Source of the DNA: Alphaproteobacteria bacterium
GTDB lineage: Bacteria > Pseudomonadota > Alphaproteobacteria > Caedimonadales > UBA9215
Assembly: GCA_024281375.1 (NCBI GenBank)
Contig: JAJSAD010000020.1
Location: 7,070-71,069, forward strand
Direction: 5' to 3'
Length of the DNA stretch: 64,000 bases
The notes under the pieces were generated by a model, which did not search any database, was not told the origin of the DNA, and saw nothing but the letters and a program-made list of their open reading frames with translations. Numbering within the stretch: position 1 is the first letter of the stretch; the number at the start of each line of letters is the position of its first letter. Made by a program: the position numbers and the translations under genes. This document shows, one piece after another, positions 21,847 to 32,266 of the stretch.

Positions 21847-22790
21847 GTCAAGATCGCTTAGAGCGCCACAATCCCCTTCATTATTCCGTTATGTTGGACG
21901 AGGTCCTCGAGTCTCTCAATCTTCAGGATACAGGCCTTTATGCTGATTGTACCTTTGGGCGGGGGGGGTATACCCGCGCTATTCTTGAGGCTAAAAAAGG
22001 GTCACATGTTATGGCGTTGGATCGTGATATCACTGCCCTTGAAACAGCCAAAGAGTTCCAGAAAGAATACGGAGACCGCTTTGTCTTTCATCAGGTTTGT
22101 TTTGATGCGTTGTCGACTGTTGTGCCTGAGGGGCAAAAGGTCGACGGCATCGTTTTTGATTTGGGGGTTTCTTCTCCTCAATTAGATCGCCCAGAGCGTG
22201 GTTTTTCCTTTCGTTTTGAGGGGCCTCTTGATATGCGTATGAGCCCAGAGGGGATTACCGCTGCTGAGGTGGTGAATACCTATGGTGAAGAGGACCTTGC
22301 CAATCTTATTTACAAATATGGGGAGGAAAAGAAATCTCGTGTCGTGGCGAAAGCCATTGTGATGGATCGCAAAACCAAGCCTTTTGAGACCACAACAGAT
22401 TTAGCAGAGCTTTTGCGGCGTATTGTACCGAAATCAAAGGATGGTCTTGATCCCGCGACGCGGACATTTCAGGCCCTTCGTATTCATGTGAATGATGAGT
22501 TGGGGCAACTTGAGCGTGCCCTTGACAATTCTTTGACCCTCTTGAATCCTGGGGGACGTTTAGTTGTGGTGAGTTTTCATAGCCTTGAAGACCGTATCGT
22601 GAAGCACTTTATGGTAAAGCATGGCAAGAAAATAGCGGTGAATCGTTATCGTCCTGATGTTGGGGCCCCTGAAAAACCTCTTTTTAAACTTATAAGCCGT
22701 AAGGCGTTGGTCCCAAGTCCTGATGAAATTAAGGAAAATCCTCGTTCCCGTAGTGCTAAGCTGCGTGTGGCCGAGTATTTAGGATTATAA
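21843..22790 (+). CDS. rsmH: 16S rRNA m4C1402 methyltransferase
   Basis: DCTFGRGGY, DLGVSSPQLD, FQALRI-VNDEL, FHSLEDRIVK, NPRSRSAKLR. Confidence 0.98.
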   Translation: MSQDRLERHNPLHYSVMLDEVLESLNLQDTGLYADCTFGRGGYTRAILEAKKGSHVMALDRDITALETAKEFQKEYGDRFVFHQVCFDALSTVVPEGQKVDGIVFDLGVSSPQLDRPERGFSFRFEGPLDMRMSPEGITAAEVVNTYGEEDLANLIYKYGEEKKSRVVAKAIVMDRKTKPFETTTDLAELLRRIVPKSKDGLDPATRTFQALRIHVNDELGQLERALDNSLTLLNPGGRLVVVSFHSLEDRIVKHFMVKHGKKIAVNRYRPDVGAPEKPLFKLISRKALVPSPDEIKENPRSRSAKLRVAEYLGL

Positions 22791-22791
22791 A

Positions 22792-23133
22792 ATGCTCAAT
22801 AAGTCGACCTTTGTGACGTTGTTGGCCTTGTTTCTTTTGGGGAGCTTGACCTATGCCATTAAGCAAAAAGTGATTGAATTGGATGGAGAGCTTTCTCAGG
22901 TTCATCGCACGATGGCTCAGTATCAAGAATCTATGCATATCTTAAATGCAGAATGGGCCTATTTGACCAGGCCTTCCCGGCTTCAAGCATTAGTTGAAGA
23001 ACATACACGGTTGCATCAGTCCCAGGGGGTTGCGTTGGTGAGCTATGATGATGTCTTTAATCCTCAACAATCAAGGGAGTCTTATGAAGACAATACATCG
23101 GGTATGCGTCTTGCAAGTTTAAAGGATCGTTAA
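22792..23133 (+). CDS. ftsL: Cell division protein FtsL
   Basis: Single TM, coiled coil, L-AEWAYLT-P-RL. Lies between rsmH and ftsI. Confidence 0.85.
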   Translation: MLNKSTFVTLLALFLLGSLTYAIKQKVIELDGELSQVHRTMAQYQESMHILNAEWAYLTRPSRLQALVEEHTRLHQSQGVALVSYDDVFNPQQSRESYEDNTSGMRLASLKDR

Positions 23134-23140
23134 GTTAGTC

Positions 23141-24862
23141 ATGCAGAAACCTTGGGAACAAAGCGCATCAGATTTTCTTCCAGGATCGCGTCCCCAGGGA
23201 CGTCACTATCGTCAAGCCCTTGATATGGCTCATAACCGTCTCGTTATTGCGAGTATTTTGTTTGTTTTTATTCTTGTTGGCATTGCGGGGCGTCTTGTGT
23301 TTATAGGGGTTAATCAAGATATGGGAGAGCCTCTTTTTGTCCATGATGCCGTGCACTCTAAATTTCATCAAGGGCGCTCTGATATTGTGGATCGTAATGG
23401 CGTTGTGTTGGCAACAACGGTGACGACATCGTCGCTGTATGCCAATGCGAAAAAGGTTTTGGATGCAGAGATTGCGGCAAAGATGTTGGCGAAAGCTCTC
23501 CCAGGTTACTCTGAGAAAAAGCTCTTCAAAAAATTAACATCCAACCGCCCTTTTATCTGGCTAGCCCGCCACTTAACCCCAAAGCAACGGGATCGTATTA
23601 TGCATCTTGGGATTCCTGGGGTGAGTTTTCGTAAAGATTCAAAGCGATTATATCCCCACGGACGTTTGGTTTCTCACGTTGTGGGCTTAACGAATATCGA
23701 CGATCATGGTATTGCAGGTCTTGAGAAAAGTAATGAACAGTTTTTGCTAACGGAAGGAAAAGAGTTAGCCTTAAGTCTTGATGTTCGCGTCCAACATGCC
23801 ATTCGGGACGAGCTCCAAAAAGGTATCGAGGAATTCAGCGCTGCGGGGGCAACAGCTATTGTCATGGACTTAGAAAATTCTGAGATTCTTGGGATGGTTT
23901 CTCTGCCAGATTTTAATCCTAATAAAAACGTGAAATTAACGGACCCAGCTTATTTTAACAAAGCCACCGTTGGAATGTATGAAATGGGATCGACTTTTAA
24001 GATTCTGAACACAGCGATGATTCTTGAGTCAGGGAAAGCAGATTTGTCGACAACCTATGATACATCAGAAGAGATTAAGATTGGTCGTTTTTCCATTACG
24101 GATTATCGGGCCAAGCACGGTATTATTAATGTGGCTCAGATATTTGTGCATTCTTCAAATAAGGGTTCTATTAAGATGGCCCTTGATGTGGGCACCGAAG
24201 GTCAGCAAGAATTTATGCGCAAAGTTGGGTGTTTGAGTCGGTGTAATATTGAGATTCCAGAGCGAGGGCGCCCCCTTATTCCACGTCATTGGCGGGAAGC
24301 CAATACCATGACAATTTCTTATGGATATGGACTGGCCATTAGTCCTCTTCATCTTTTAAATAGCGTAGCGAGTCTTTTGGGGGGAGGGTGTCGCAAGGAA
24401 GCGACGCTCCTTAAAGGAGGGGCTCAAGATCGCCCCTGTGATCGCGTTATTAAAGCAGATGTGTCCAGCAAGATGCGTCAGTTGCTTCGTTTGGTTGTTG
24501 TAAAGGGCACCAGTAAAAAAGCGGATGTGCCAGGATATTTTATTGCGGCTAAGACAGGGACACGGAATATGTTGAGCAAAAGTGGTCAGTATAATAAGGA
24601 TCGCGTGGCAACTTCTTTTGTGGGTATTGTTGGAGAATCCGTTGATAAACCTCGATATATCGTGGTGGCTCTCTTGGAAGATCCTAAGGGTTTGAAAAAA
24701 ACTTTTGGATTTACGGCTGCGGGCTGGAATGTCGCGCCAATTGGCGGTAGGATACTAGGACGGGTTGCCCCTCTTTTGGGACTGAGGCCTCATCCGGATA
24801 GGCTAAATAAAGGTTTTGACCCCTTTTTACAAACAGTAGATTTTACAAAGAATAAAAAATAG
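23141..24862 (+). CDS. ftsI: Penicillin-binding protein 3
   Basis: R-DIVDRNG, YEMGSTFK, SSN, KTGT. Confidence 0.95.
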   Translation: MQKPWEQSASDFLPGSRPQGRHYRQALDMAHNRLVIASILFVFILVGIAGRLVFIGVNQDMGEPLFVHDAVHSKFHQGRSDIVDRNGVVLATTVTTSSLYANAKKVLDAEIAAKMLAKALPGYSEKKLFKKLTSNRPFIWLARHLTPKQRDRIMHLGIPGVSFRKDSKRLYPHGRLVSHVVGLTNIDDHGIAGLEKSNEQFLLTEGKELALSLDVRVQHAIRDELQKGIEEFSAAGATAIVMDLENSEILGMVSLPDFNPNKNVKLTDPAYFNKATVGMYEMGSTFKILNTAMILESGKADLSTTYDTSEEIKIGRFSITDYRAKHGIINVAQIFVHSSNKGSIKMALDVGTEGQQEFMRKVGCLSRCNIEIPERGRPLIPRHWREANTMTISYGYGLAISPLHLLNSVASLLGGGCRKEATLLKGGAQDRPCDRVIKADVSSKMRQLLRLVVVKGTSKKADVPGYFIAAKTGTRNMLSKSGQYNKDRVATSFVGIVGESVDKPRYIVVALLEDPKGLKKTFGFTAAGWNVAPIGGRILGRVAPLLGLRPHPDRLNKGFDPFLQTVDFTKNKK

Positions 24863-24887
24863 ATAAAACAGGTTTAATGAAAGTATA

Positions 24888-26414
24888 ATGATGACAGTAA
24901 TTGACTTAGAAGGTAAGGGCTTAAAACTCCGTGATTTGCTTAAGCAAGATGAGGTGTTAATGCCTCAAAATTGGCCCGGTGATGAAGACATTACCCGTGT
25001 GACCTTGAACTCAAATGACGTAAGGGGGGGGGATGTCTTTTTAGCGATTCCGCCACTGGATAATCCGGTGGTTGGCCTTGACTATATTACTCAAGCTGTG
25101 AATCAAAATGCTAAAATTATCATTAAAGAAAGCCAAACACCCACGCCTGTTAATATGAAGGGAGCTTTGCTCATTGATATTGCCAACACGCGTCATTTAA
25201 AGGCGATGATTGCCAAGCGTGTTTACAAAGGACAGCCTAAAGTTGTTGTGGGTATAACGGGTACCAATGGGAAGACATCCGTTGCAGAATTCATGCGCCA
25301 ATTGTGGGAGCAAATGGGGTATAAGGCGGCAACTCTTGGGACTCTTGGTATTCAAAGTTCTGTGAAGCTGACGGGGATGCCTGATGTGACACAGACCTCT
25401 CCCGATCCTTTTGTGCTCCATAAGGCCCTTTCTATGATGAGAGAGCAGGGTATTACCCATTTAGCCATTGAGGCATCTTCCCATGGTATTCATCAAAATC
25501 GTTTGGATGGTGTGGATTTTACAAGTTGTGGTTTCACGAATCTAAGCCATGATCATTTGGATTATCATGGCAGCATGGATCGTTATTTTGATGCCAAAAA
25601 ACGTTTGTTCGAGACGCTGATGGATGCAGGAGATACGGCTGTTTTAAATGCGGATACCAACTATTTTGATGCCTTGGCCCATGTGTGTAAAGCCCGGGAT
25701 ATTCAAGTGATTCCCTATGGCAAACGAGCTGAGGGAGGCATTCAGCTTGAGAACCTGCTCATTGAGGGGCCCAAGCAAATCGCAACGGTTTTTGTACAAC
25801 ATGAGAAGCACACTATTGACTTTAATTTCATCGGCAAATTTCAAGTTTTAAATGCCTTGTGTGCTATGGGATTGATTATGGGGAGCGGGGAATCCCATTT
25901 GAAAATCCTCCCCCTTTTGAAAAATTTAAAACCTATTTCGGGACGTCTTGAGCTGATGGGGATGACAAAATCCGGCGGCGCTGTTTATGTGGATTATGCT
26001 CATACCCCCGATGCATTGTCCGAAGCGCTTTTGTCCGTACGTCCTTATGTCACGGGGATGTTAACCCTTGTCTTTGGATGCGGGGGAGATCGTGACGTTA
26101 AAAAACGTCCTTTCATGGGAAAGATTGCCTCTGAATATAGCGATGCCCAAATAATCACGGATGATAATCCACGTCAGGAAGACCCGGCGAAAATTCGCTA
26201 TGAGGTGATGAGTTTTTGTAGCAATCCCATAGAAATTGCGGACCGTGAAAAGGCCATTACCAAAGCCATTACACGTCTCACGAATCATGATGCGTGTTTT
26301 ATTGCGGGCAAAGGTCATGAAACCACACAGATTACGGGGGACAAAGTGCTCCCTTTTGATGATCGTGAGCTTGCCCGTGAGGTTATTCAACTCAACGGAG
26401 GCACTGTTTTTTAG
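24888..26414 (+). CDS. murE: UDP-MurNAc-tripeptide synthetase
   Basis: GTNGKTS, EASSHG, DHLDYH, DYAHTPD, DNPR, AGKGHE. Confidence 0.97.
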   Translation: MMTVIDLEGKGLKLRDLLKQDEVLMPQNWPGDEDITRVTLNSNDVRGGDVFLAIPPLDNPVVGLDYITQAVNQNAKIIIKESQTPTPVNMKGALLIDIANTRHLKAMIAKRVYKGQPKVVVGITGTNGKTSVAEFMRQLWEQMGYKAATLGTLGIQSSVKLTGMPDVTQTSPDPFVLHKALSMMREQGITHLAIEASSHGIHQNRLDGVDFTSCGFTNLSHDHLDYHGSMDRYFDAKKRLFETLMDAGDTAVLNADTNYFDALAHVCKARDIQVIPYGKRAEGGIQLENLLIEGPKQIATVFVQHEKHTIDFNFIGKFQVLNALCAMGLIMGSGESHLKILPLLKNLKPISGRLELMGMTKSGGAVYVDYAHTPDALSEALLSVRPYVTGMLTLVFGCGGDRDVKKRPFMGKIASEYSDAQIITDDNPRQEDPAKIRYEVMSFCSNPIEIADREKAITKAITRLTNHDACFIAGKGHETTQITGDKVLPFDDRELAREVIQLNGGTVF

Positions 26415-26415
26415 G

Positions 26416-27900
26416 ATGGTCCAAGAGCGCGTATCCAACTCTTTTTCTCGTTTTACACCAACAATCCCTTTGTGGACTTCTCAAGACATTCAGCAAGCAA
26501 CCCAGGGGAAGGTGCTATCAGCATTTAAAGCAACAAACGTTGTGATTGATTCACGGGAAATTAAGGGAGGAGAGCTATTTGTTGCCTTGAAAGGCCCTCA
26601 GTTTGATGGTCATGATTATGTAAAGCAAGCCCTTGAGGCCGGGGCTGCTGGAGCTCTTGTGACTCATATTCCAGAGGATGTTTCCAAGGAGGCGCCGTTG
26701 GTGATAGTGCCCGATGTTTTGAAAGCATTGGGTGATCTGGCTGTCGTGGCTCGAGGGCGTTCAACAGCAAAAATTATTGGTATTACGGGAAGCTTTGGGA
26801 AGACCAGTCTCAAAGAAGCTTTGCGTTATGTGTTGGAACAAGAAGGATACACTCTTGCAACGGAGCGTAGTTTTAATAATCATTGGGGGCTTCCATTAAC
26901 TTTATCGAGGCTTCATCCTGAACATAAGTATGCTGTTATTGAAATGGGCATGAATAACCCCGGTGAAATTTCGAGTTATTCTCAGTTGGTGAAACCTCAT
27001 ATTGCCCTTATTACGAATACGGGAGACGCTCATATTGGGAAGATGGGGACCGTCGAGGCGATCGCTAAAGCTAAGGCGGAGATTTTTGAAGGTGTTGTGA
27101 AGGGGGGGACGGTTGTTTTGTGGGCGCAAGATGCCGCTTTTGAAACTCACCATGCTCAGTTGAAAAGACAAAATATTCCTTGTGTGACTTTCGGGAAAAA
27201 GAAAGCCGATTTTGAAGCTCGCTCAGAAATGACATCCGAAGGATTAAAGGTTTCTATAGCCCATCGTGGAAAAGAACAATCGTTAACCTTGCCAACATTT
27301 TCAGAACATTGGGCTCGGAATTGTGCAGCCCTGGCGGCAGTTTTGAATGTGCTGGGTCTTGAGAGATTGCATTTTGCGGACACTATGAAAAATATTACTT
27401 TTCCTCCAGGACGAGGGAATATCATCACAACCGATGCAGGGATAACGATTCTGGATGAGAGTTATAATGCAGCTCCCATGACCATGGCTTATGCGTTGAA
27501 GGCTCTTGAGGAAATGGGAAAGATCATGGAGAAACGTACCCTTGCGATCCTTGGAGATATGTTGGAATTGGGTGAGGAGAGTGCTCAATACCATAAAGAC
27601 CTTTTAAAGGTGCCGGGCTTTCAGATGATATCAAAAGTTTATTGTTGTGGAGCTGAGATGAAACATCTTTATGATGTGTTGCCGGTGTCTCAAAAAGGCG
27701 GATGGGCCAAAGACTCTCAAGACCTTATTTCCTCTGTTTTGAGTGAGGCACAAGGGGGGGATATTTATCTCGTCAAAGGATCGCGGGGACAGTGGGCAGC
27801 CCGGGGCCGTATGTCTGCTTTTGTAGATGCCCTTGAAAAATATACACTGCAATCCCAATCTCAATCTCGATGTCACTCTCAGAAAAGTGAGGCCCTTTAA
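26416..27900 (+). CDS. murF: UDP-MurNAc-pentapeptide synthetase
   Basis: FDGHDY, GS-GKTS, SFNNHWGLP, EMGMN-PGEI, ESYNA, GDMLELG, KGSRG. Start moved to the ATG just after the murE stop. Confidence 0.95.
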   Translation: MVQERVSNSFSRFTPTIPLWTSQDIQQATQGKVLSAFKATNVVIDSREIKGGELFVALKGPQFDGHDYVKQALEAGAAGALVTHIPEDVSKEAPLVIVPDVLKALGDLAVVARGRSTAKIIGITGSFGKTSLKEALRYVLEQEGYTLATERSFNNHWGLPLTLSRLHPEHKYAVIEMGMNNPGEISSYSQLVKPHIALITNTGDAHIGKMGTVEAIAKAKAEIFEGVVKGGTVVLWAQDAAFETHHAQLKRQNIPCVTFGKKKADFEARSEMTSEGLKVSIAHRGKEQSLTLPTFSEHWARNCAALAAVLNVLGLERLHFADTMKNITFPPGRGNIITTDAGITILDESYNAAPMTMAYALKALEEMGKIMEKRTLAILGDMLELGEESAQYHKDLLKVPGFQMISKVYCCGAEMKHLYDVLPVSQKGGWAKDSQDLISSVLSEAQGGDIYLVKGSRGQWAARGRMSAFVDALEKYTLQSQSQSRCHSQKSEAL

Positions 27901-28989
27901 ATGTTGTATTGGTTTTTATACCCTCTTGCCCCTGACTTTCCGCTTTTTAATGTTCTGCGTTATATTACCTTCCGGACAGCAGGGGCCACTCTTACAGCCC
28001 TATTGGTTTGTTTTCTGATGGGCCCTTGTGTGATTCGTTGGTTGAAGAAAAAACAAAAAGAAGGCCAGCCTATCAGAGAAGATGGTCCTGAAAGTCATTT
28101 GCTGACAAAGCAAGGAACCCCGACCATGGGGGGAGGCTTGATTTTAGGATCCATGGTTATCAGTATTTTTCTATGGGGGAACTTAGCCGATCCTTATATT
28201 TGGATTATTTTATTTGTAATAACAGGCTTTGGTATTGTTGGCGGATGTGATGATTATATGAAGCTAAAAAGCCGGAGTTCCAAGGGGGTGTCCGCAAAGC
28301 TGCGCTTGCTTGCTCAAATTACGATTTCTGGAATTGCGACCTATTTCATTATGCAGCTTGCTCCTGAAAACCACGCGACAACGTTGTCTGTTCCCTTCTT
28401 TAAAGACTTCTTTTTAGACCTTGGGTGGTTCTTTGTGCCCTTTGCCATTACGGTGGTGGTGGGTAGTGCGAATGCTGTCAATCTGACCGATGGGTTGGAT
28501 GGCCTTGCCATTGTGCCGGTGATGATTACGGCTGTGTGTTTTAGCATTATTTCTTATGTTGTGGGACATGCCCTTTTCTCGGAATATCTTCAATTGCAAT
28601 ATGTCGCAGGTGCTGGGGAGATTGCTGTTATTTGTGGGGCTATTATTGGCGCGAGTCTCGGATTTTTATGGTTTAATGCCCCACCCGCTATGGTCTTTAT
28701 GGGAGACACGGGTTCCCTTCCTCTGGGAGGGGCATTGGGCTCTATTGCGGTCATTACGAAACATGAACTGGTTCTCTTTATTATTGGAGGGCTTTTTGTC
28801 ATTGAAACTGTTTCTGTGATTATTCAGGTCGCTTATTTTAAAATGACGGGGAAACGGATTTTCCTGATGGCCCCCATTCATCATCATTTCGAGAAAAAAG
28901 GGTGGGCAGAACCGACCATTGTTATTCGCTTTTGGATCATCTCTATTGTCTTGGCGCTCATTGGCATGACCACCTTGAAATTAAGATAA
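27901..28989 (+). CDS. mraY: Phospho-MurNAc-pentapeptide transferase
   Basis: [35 protein letters not shown]. Confidence 0.99.
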   Translation: MLYWFLYPLAPDFPLFNVLRYITFRTAGATLTALLVCFLMGPCVIRWLKKKQKEGQPIREDGPESHLLTKQGTPTMGGGLILGSMVISIFLWGNLADPYIWIILFVITGFGIVGGCDDYMKLKSRSSKGVSAKLRLLAQITISGIATYFIMQLAPENHATTLSVPFFKDFFLDLGWFFVPFAITVVVGSANAVNLTDGLDGLAIVPVMITAVCFSIISYVVGHALFSEYLQLQYVAGAGEIAVICGAIIGASLGFLWFNAPPAMVFMGDTGSLPLGGALGSIAVITKHELVLFIIGGLFVIETVSVIIQVAYFKMTGKRIFLMAPIHHHFEKKGWAEPTIVIRFWIISIVLALIGMTTLKLR

Positions 28990-28993
28990 GAAC

Positions 28994-30304
28994 ATGATTC
29001 CTTTAACCGCCCTCAAAGGTAAAAAATACTATGTTGTTGGCCTTGCACGATCGGGTTTAGCAACGGTGGCTGCTTTAGAAAAAGCGGGGGCAATAGTCTA
29101 TGTCTTTGATGACTCAAAACAGGGAGGGGTCTCTCCTGAGGAGATAGAGTGGTCCAGTCTTGAGGCTCTTGTACTCAGTCCTGGCATTCCCCATAGGTAT
29201 CCAAAACCTCACAAGGCCGCTGAGCTTGCTCGCCTGCATCATGTGCCGATTATTTGTGATGTGGATTTGTTAGCTGAGACTTGTCCTGGTGCAACCTTTG
29301 TTTGGGTTACGGGTACCAATGGAAAATCTACCACAACAGCTCTCTTGCAGCACCTTTTGCCAGAGGCTCAGATGGGGGGAAATATCGGTGTTCCTGTTTT
29401 AGAGTTAGAACCCTTTGAAAATAAAGAAGGTGTGTATCTCCTTGAGCTATCTTCTTATCAATTAGAACGGGTTCCTCATTTAAAGGCTGATAGTGCCGTG
29501 TGGCTTAATGTGACACCAGATCATATCGATCGTCATGGAGATTTAGCAGGTTATGTGGCTGCTAAGAAAAATATCTTCACAGCTTTTGGAGAATCTCAAA
29601 ATGTGATCATTGGCATTGATGATCCCGAATCTGAGGCTGTTTACCACGAGCTTTTAAAGGATAAGGCAAAAAAGGTGGTTCCTTTGTCGATCCATAAGAT
29701 TTTGGAAAAAGGCCTGTCTGTTCAGGAGGGGATTTTTTATGACAATGCTCAGAAAGTGTGTTATTTAAAAGGATTAATAAATCTTCCAGGGATTCATAAT
29801 TATCAAAATATTGCAGCGGCTTATGGCGTGTTGAAATTTTTAAACAAGCCTTTTGACTTAGAAGAAGTTATCCAATTTTCGGGGCTTCCCCACCGCCAAG
29901 AAGACGTTGGGTCCTTAGGAAAAGTGATCTTTGTCAATGATAGCAAGGCAACCAATATTGAGTCAACCTTGCGGGCCCTTGCCTGTTACGAGTGTGTTCA
30001 TTTAATTTTAGGAGGTATTGCAAAGGATTCTGGTTTGCGCGGTCTAGAAAACTATAAAGACATTATTGAACATGTTTATGTTTTTGGCAGAGCGGCCCAA
30101 CAATTTTCAACAGAGCTGTCACATGATTCTATCCCTCATTCTGTTTTTGAGACCTTAGAAGAGGCAACCGATGCCGCAGCCTCTAAAGCTCAACAGGGCG
30201 TGGTGCTTTTATCGCCCGCTTGTGCAAGTTTTGATCAGTACAAAGATTTTGAAGAACGGGGAGAGGATTTTAAAACCATTGTAAGCAAGTTTTGCTCTGG
30301 TTAA
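28994..30304 (+). CDS. murD: UDP-MurNAc-L-Ala:D-Glu ligase
   Basis: GLARSG, TGTNGKSTTT, ELSSYQL, DHIDRH, NDSKATN, SPACASFDQY. Confidence 0.97.
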   Translation: MIPLTALKGKKYYVVGLARSGLATVAALEKAGAIVYVFDDSKQGGVSPEEIEWSSLEALVLSPGIPHRYPKPHKAAELARLHHVPIICDVDLLAETCPGATFVWVTGTNGKSTTTALLQHLLPEAQMGGNIGVPVLELEPFENKEGVYLLELSSYQLERVPHLKADSAVWLNVTPDHIDRHGDLAGYVAAKKNIFTAFGESQNVIIGIDDPESEAVYHELLKDKAKKVVPLSIHKILEKGLSVQEGIFYDNAQKVCYLKGLINLPGIHNYQNIAAAYGVLKFLNKPFDLEEVIQFSGLPHRQEDVGSLGKVIFVNDSKATNIESTLRALACYECVHLILGGIAKDSGLRGLENYKDIIEHVYVFGRAAQQFSTELSHDSIPHSVFETLEEATDAAASKAQQGVVLLSPACASFDQYKDFEERGEDFKTIVSKFCSG

Positions 30305-30368
30305 AATATATTGTCAATTAAGACACAATCAGTTGAGTTAACCCTTAAAAACAACAAAGGAAATTATC

Positions 30369-31133
30369 ATGTTAAAAATAAAAAACACCCTCATTGGAGG
30401 AATTTGTGCGATTGCAATCATTCTATTTTCTTGTGAGAGCCAGGCTGCTTTTGTTGAGGAAGAAGAGGCTATAAAAATTCCGATGACATTGCAATTGTGT
30501 GCAGCATGGAGTGCTATTGAAGTACAGGATAAAGAGAAAATCTTACACAAGCTACAGAACCTAAGGTCTTATAATTTTACACCAATTGTGGAAGCCCTTG
30601 TTCCTTTGGTTAAGGACTTCGCACCGGACTTTAAAAATACTCTGTACATTAGTTGGATGATTGAATTGCTTGACTCAATAGAGTCCGAGGATATTTCTGG
30701 GTATCTGGATATTGTAACAACTCTTGTGCCCAAGTCAAAAAATGCTGATAGTGTCCATACACTTTTGAAGGTTCTCGTAAGTCAAAAATCTATTTCTGCA
30801 GCTCAAACACTCGTAGATGACGCAAAACCTCTAACTGATTTTTTAACAAACAAGGATGGTTTTCAAAATCTTTTTGAGTATCTTTCTCCTGTTCCTCCTA
30901 AAAAGCGCAAGCTAATTGTGGAAGCCCTTGTTCCTTTGGTTAAGGAATTCGTACCGGACTATTGCAATGCTCTGTTCACTGGTTTGATGATTGAATTGCT
31001 TGGTAAAGTTGATCCAGGTCATATCCCTGGGTATATTGATTTACTTCACAAGAGAAAATTTGATCAAGAAAGTTCTAAAGAAACCTATAATACTTTAAAG
31101 GTTATAATAAAAAGATTGCCATTCTATGGCTAG
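30369..31133 (+). CDS. Hypothetical secreted protein with internal duplication, inserted in the dcw cluster
   Basis: Signal-like N-terminus. IVEALVPLVK...MIELL...GY-D occurs twice, 110 aa apart. Confidence 0.75.
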   Translation: MLKIKNTLIGGICAIAIILFSCESQAAFVEEEEAIKIPMTLQLCAAWSAIEVQDKEKILHKLQNLRSYNFTPIVEALVPLVKDFAPDFKNTLYISWMIELLDSIESEDISGYLDIVTTLVPKSKNADSVHTLLKVLVSQKSISAAQTLVDDAKPLTDFLTNKDGFQNLFEYLSPVPPKKRKLIVEALVPLVKEFVPDYCNALFTGLMIELLGKVDPGHIPGYIDLLHKRKFDQESSKETYNTLKVIIKRLPFYG

Positions 31134-32265
31134 AGTGGCCTTTGTGCGGACCGATAACAGTGTTTTAACCCAGTGGTGGTTAAGCATTGATCGCTGGCTT
31201 TTCTTTGTGATTTCACTCCTTGTTGCCATCGGTGTTTTGCTGGTAATGGCGGCGAGCCCTTCCGTTGCAGAGCGCATTGGTCTTGAATCTTTTTACTTTG
31301 TGAAGCGCCATTTGGTTTACGTAGCTGGTTTTTTTGTGTTGATGGTTGGGGTGTCGCAATTATCTCAACAAAATGTGCGCCGCGCCGCTTTGTTGCTTTA
31401 TTTTGGCGCTCTTTTTTTGTTGGTGTTAGTGCCTTTTATGGGGAATGAGATTAAGGGCGCGCGGCGTTGGATTAGTTTGGGTGGCTTTTCCATACAACCG
31501 TCTGAATTTATGAAGCCTGCCCTGGTTGTGATGACTGCTTGGATGCTTGCTGAAAAGAAAAAAAATGTTGATATCCCTGGTAATATTTTTGCTATTATCT
31601 TTTATGGTTTTGCCGTTGGGTTGTTGTTGTTGCAACCAGACATGGGGATGGTGTTTTTAATGACAGCCATTTTCTTTGTGCAATTTTTCTTGGCGGGTTT
31701 GCCGTTGCTGTTGATTGTTTTGGCATCGGCCACGGGGGTTGTGGGGATGGTGTCGGCCTACTTTTTATTCCCCCATGTCCAAGCCCGTGTGGATCGTTTT
31801 TTAACGCCGAGTTCTGAGGATCGATTTTCAGAACGGTATCAAATTACCCAATCTTTGGAAGCTTTTACCAGTGGGGGGTTTTGGGGACTGGGTCCGGGGG
31901 AGGGTATTGTAAAAAAGCACCTCCCCGATGCCCATGCCGATTTTATTTTCTCTGTTGCGGGTGAAGAATATGGGGCCTTTTTATGTCTTATTATCGCTTT
32001 TATGTTTGGTTTTTTTGTGATCCGGAGTCTTTTTAAAGTGATGCAAGAGCAGAATTTGTTTGTGCTCCTTGCTGTTGCGGGTTTGGTGCTTGAGGTTGGT
32101 CTTCAAGCAGGGATTAATATGGCCTCGACGTTGGATTTGATCCCAACAAAGGGGATGACGCTGCCCTTTATGAGTTTTGGGGGGTCGTCTATGTTGGCCA
32201 TTGCCATTACGTGCGGTTTTGTGTTAGCTCTGACACGCCGTCAAGTACAAGGGAGGATTCGGTGA
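31126..32265 (+). CDS. ftsW: SEDS peptidoglycan polymerase FtsW
   Basis: GARRWI, QPSEF-K, QPD-G, LPDAHADFIF, P-KGMTLPF-S-GGSS. Confidence 0.98.
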   Translation: MARVAFVRTDNSVLTQWWLSIDRWLFFVISLLVAIGVLLVMAASPSVAERIGLESFYFVKRHLVYVAGFFVLMVGVSQLSQQNVRRAALLLYFGALFLLVLVPFMGNEIKGARRWISLGGFSIQPSEFMKPALVVMTAWMLAEKKKNVDIPGNIFAIIFYGFAVGLLLLQPDMGMVFLMTAIFFVQFFLAGLPLLLIVLASATGVVGMVSAYFLFPHVQARVDRFLTPSSEDRFSERYQITQSLEAFTSGGFWGLGPGEGIVKKHLPDAHADFIFSVAGEEYGAFLCLIIAFMFGFFVIRSLFKVMQEQNLFVLLAVAGLVLEVGLQAGINMASTLDLIPTKGMTLPFMSFGGSSMLAIAITCGFVLALTRRQVQGRIR

Positions 32266-32266
32266 G

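Noticed and set aside
26236-26415. N-terminal extension of MurF, or a MurE-MurF fusion
   Set aside because: The extension overlaps murE in another frame. murE has its own TAG at 26412-26414 and an ATG follows at 26416.
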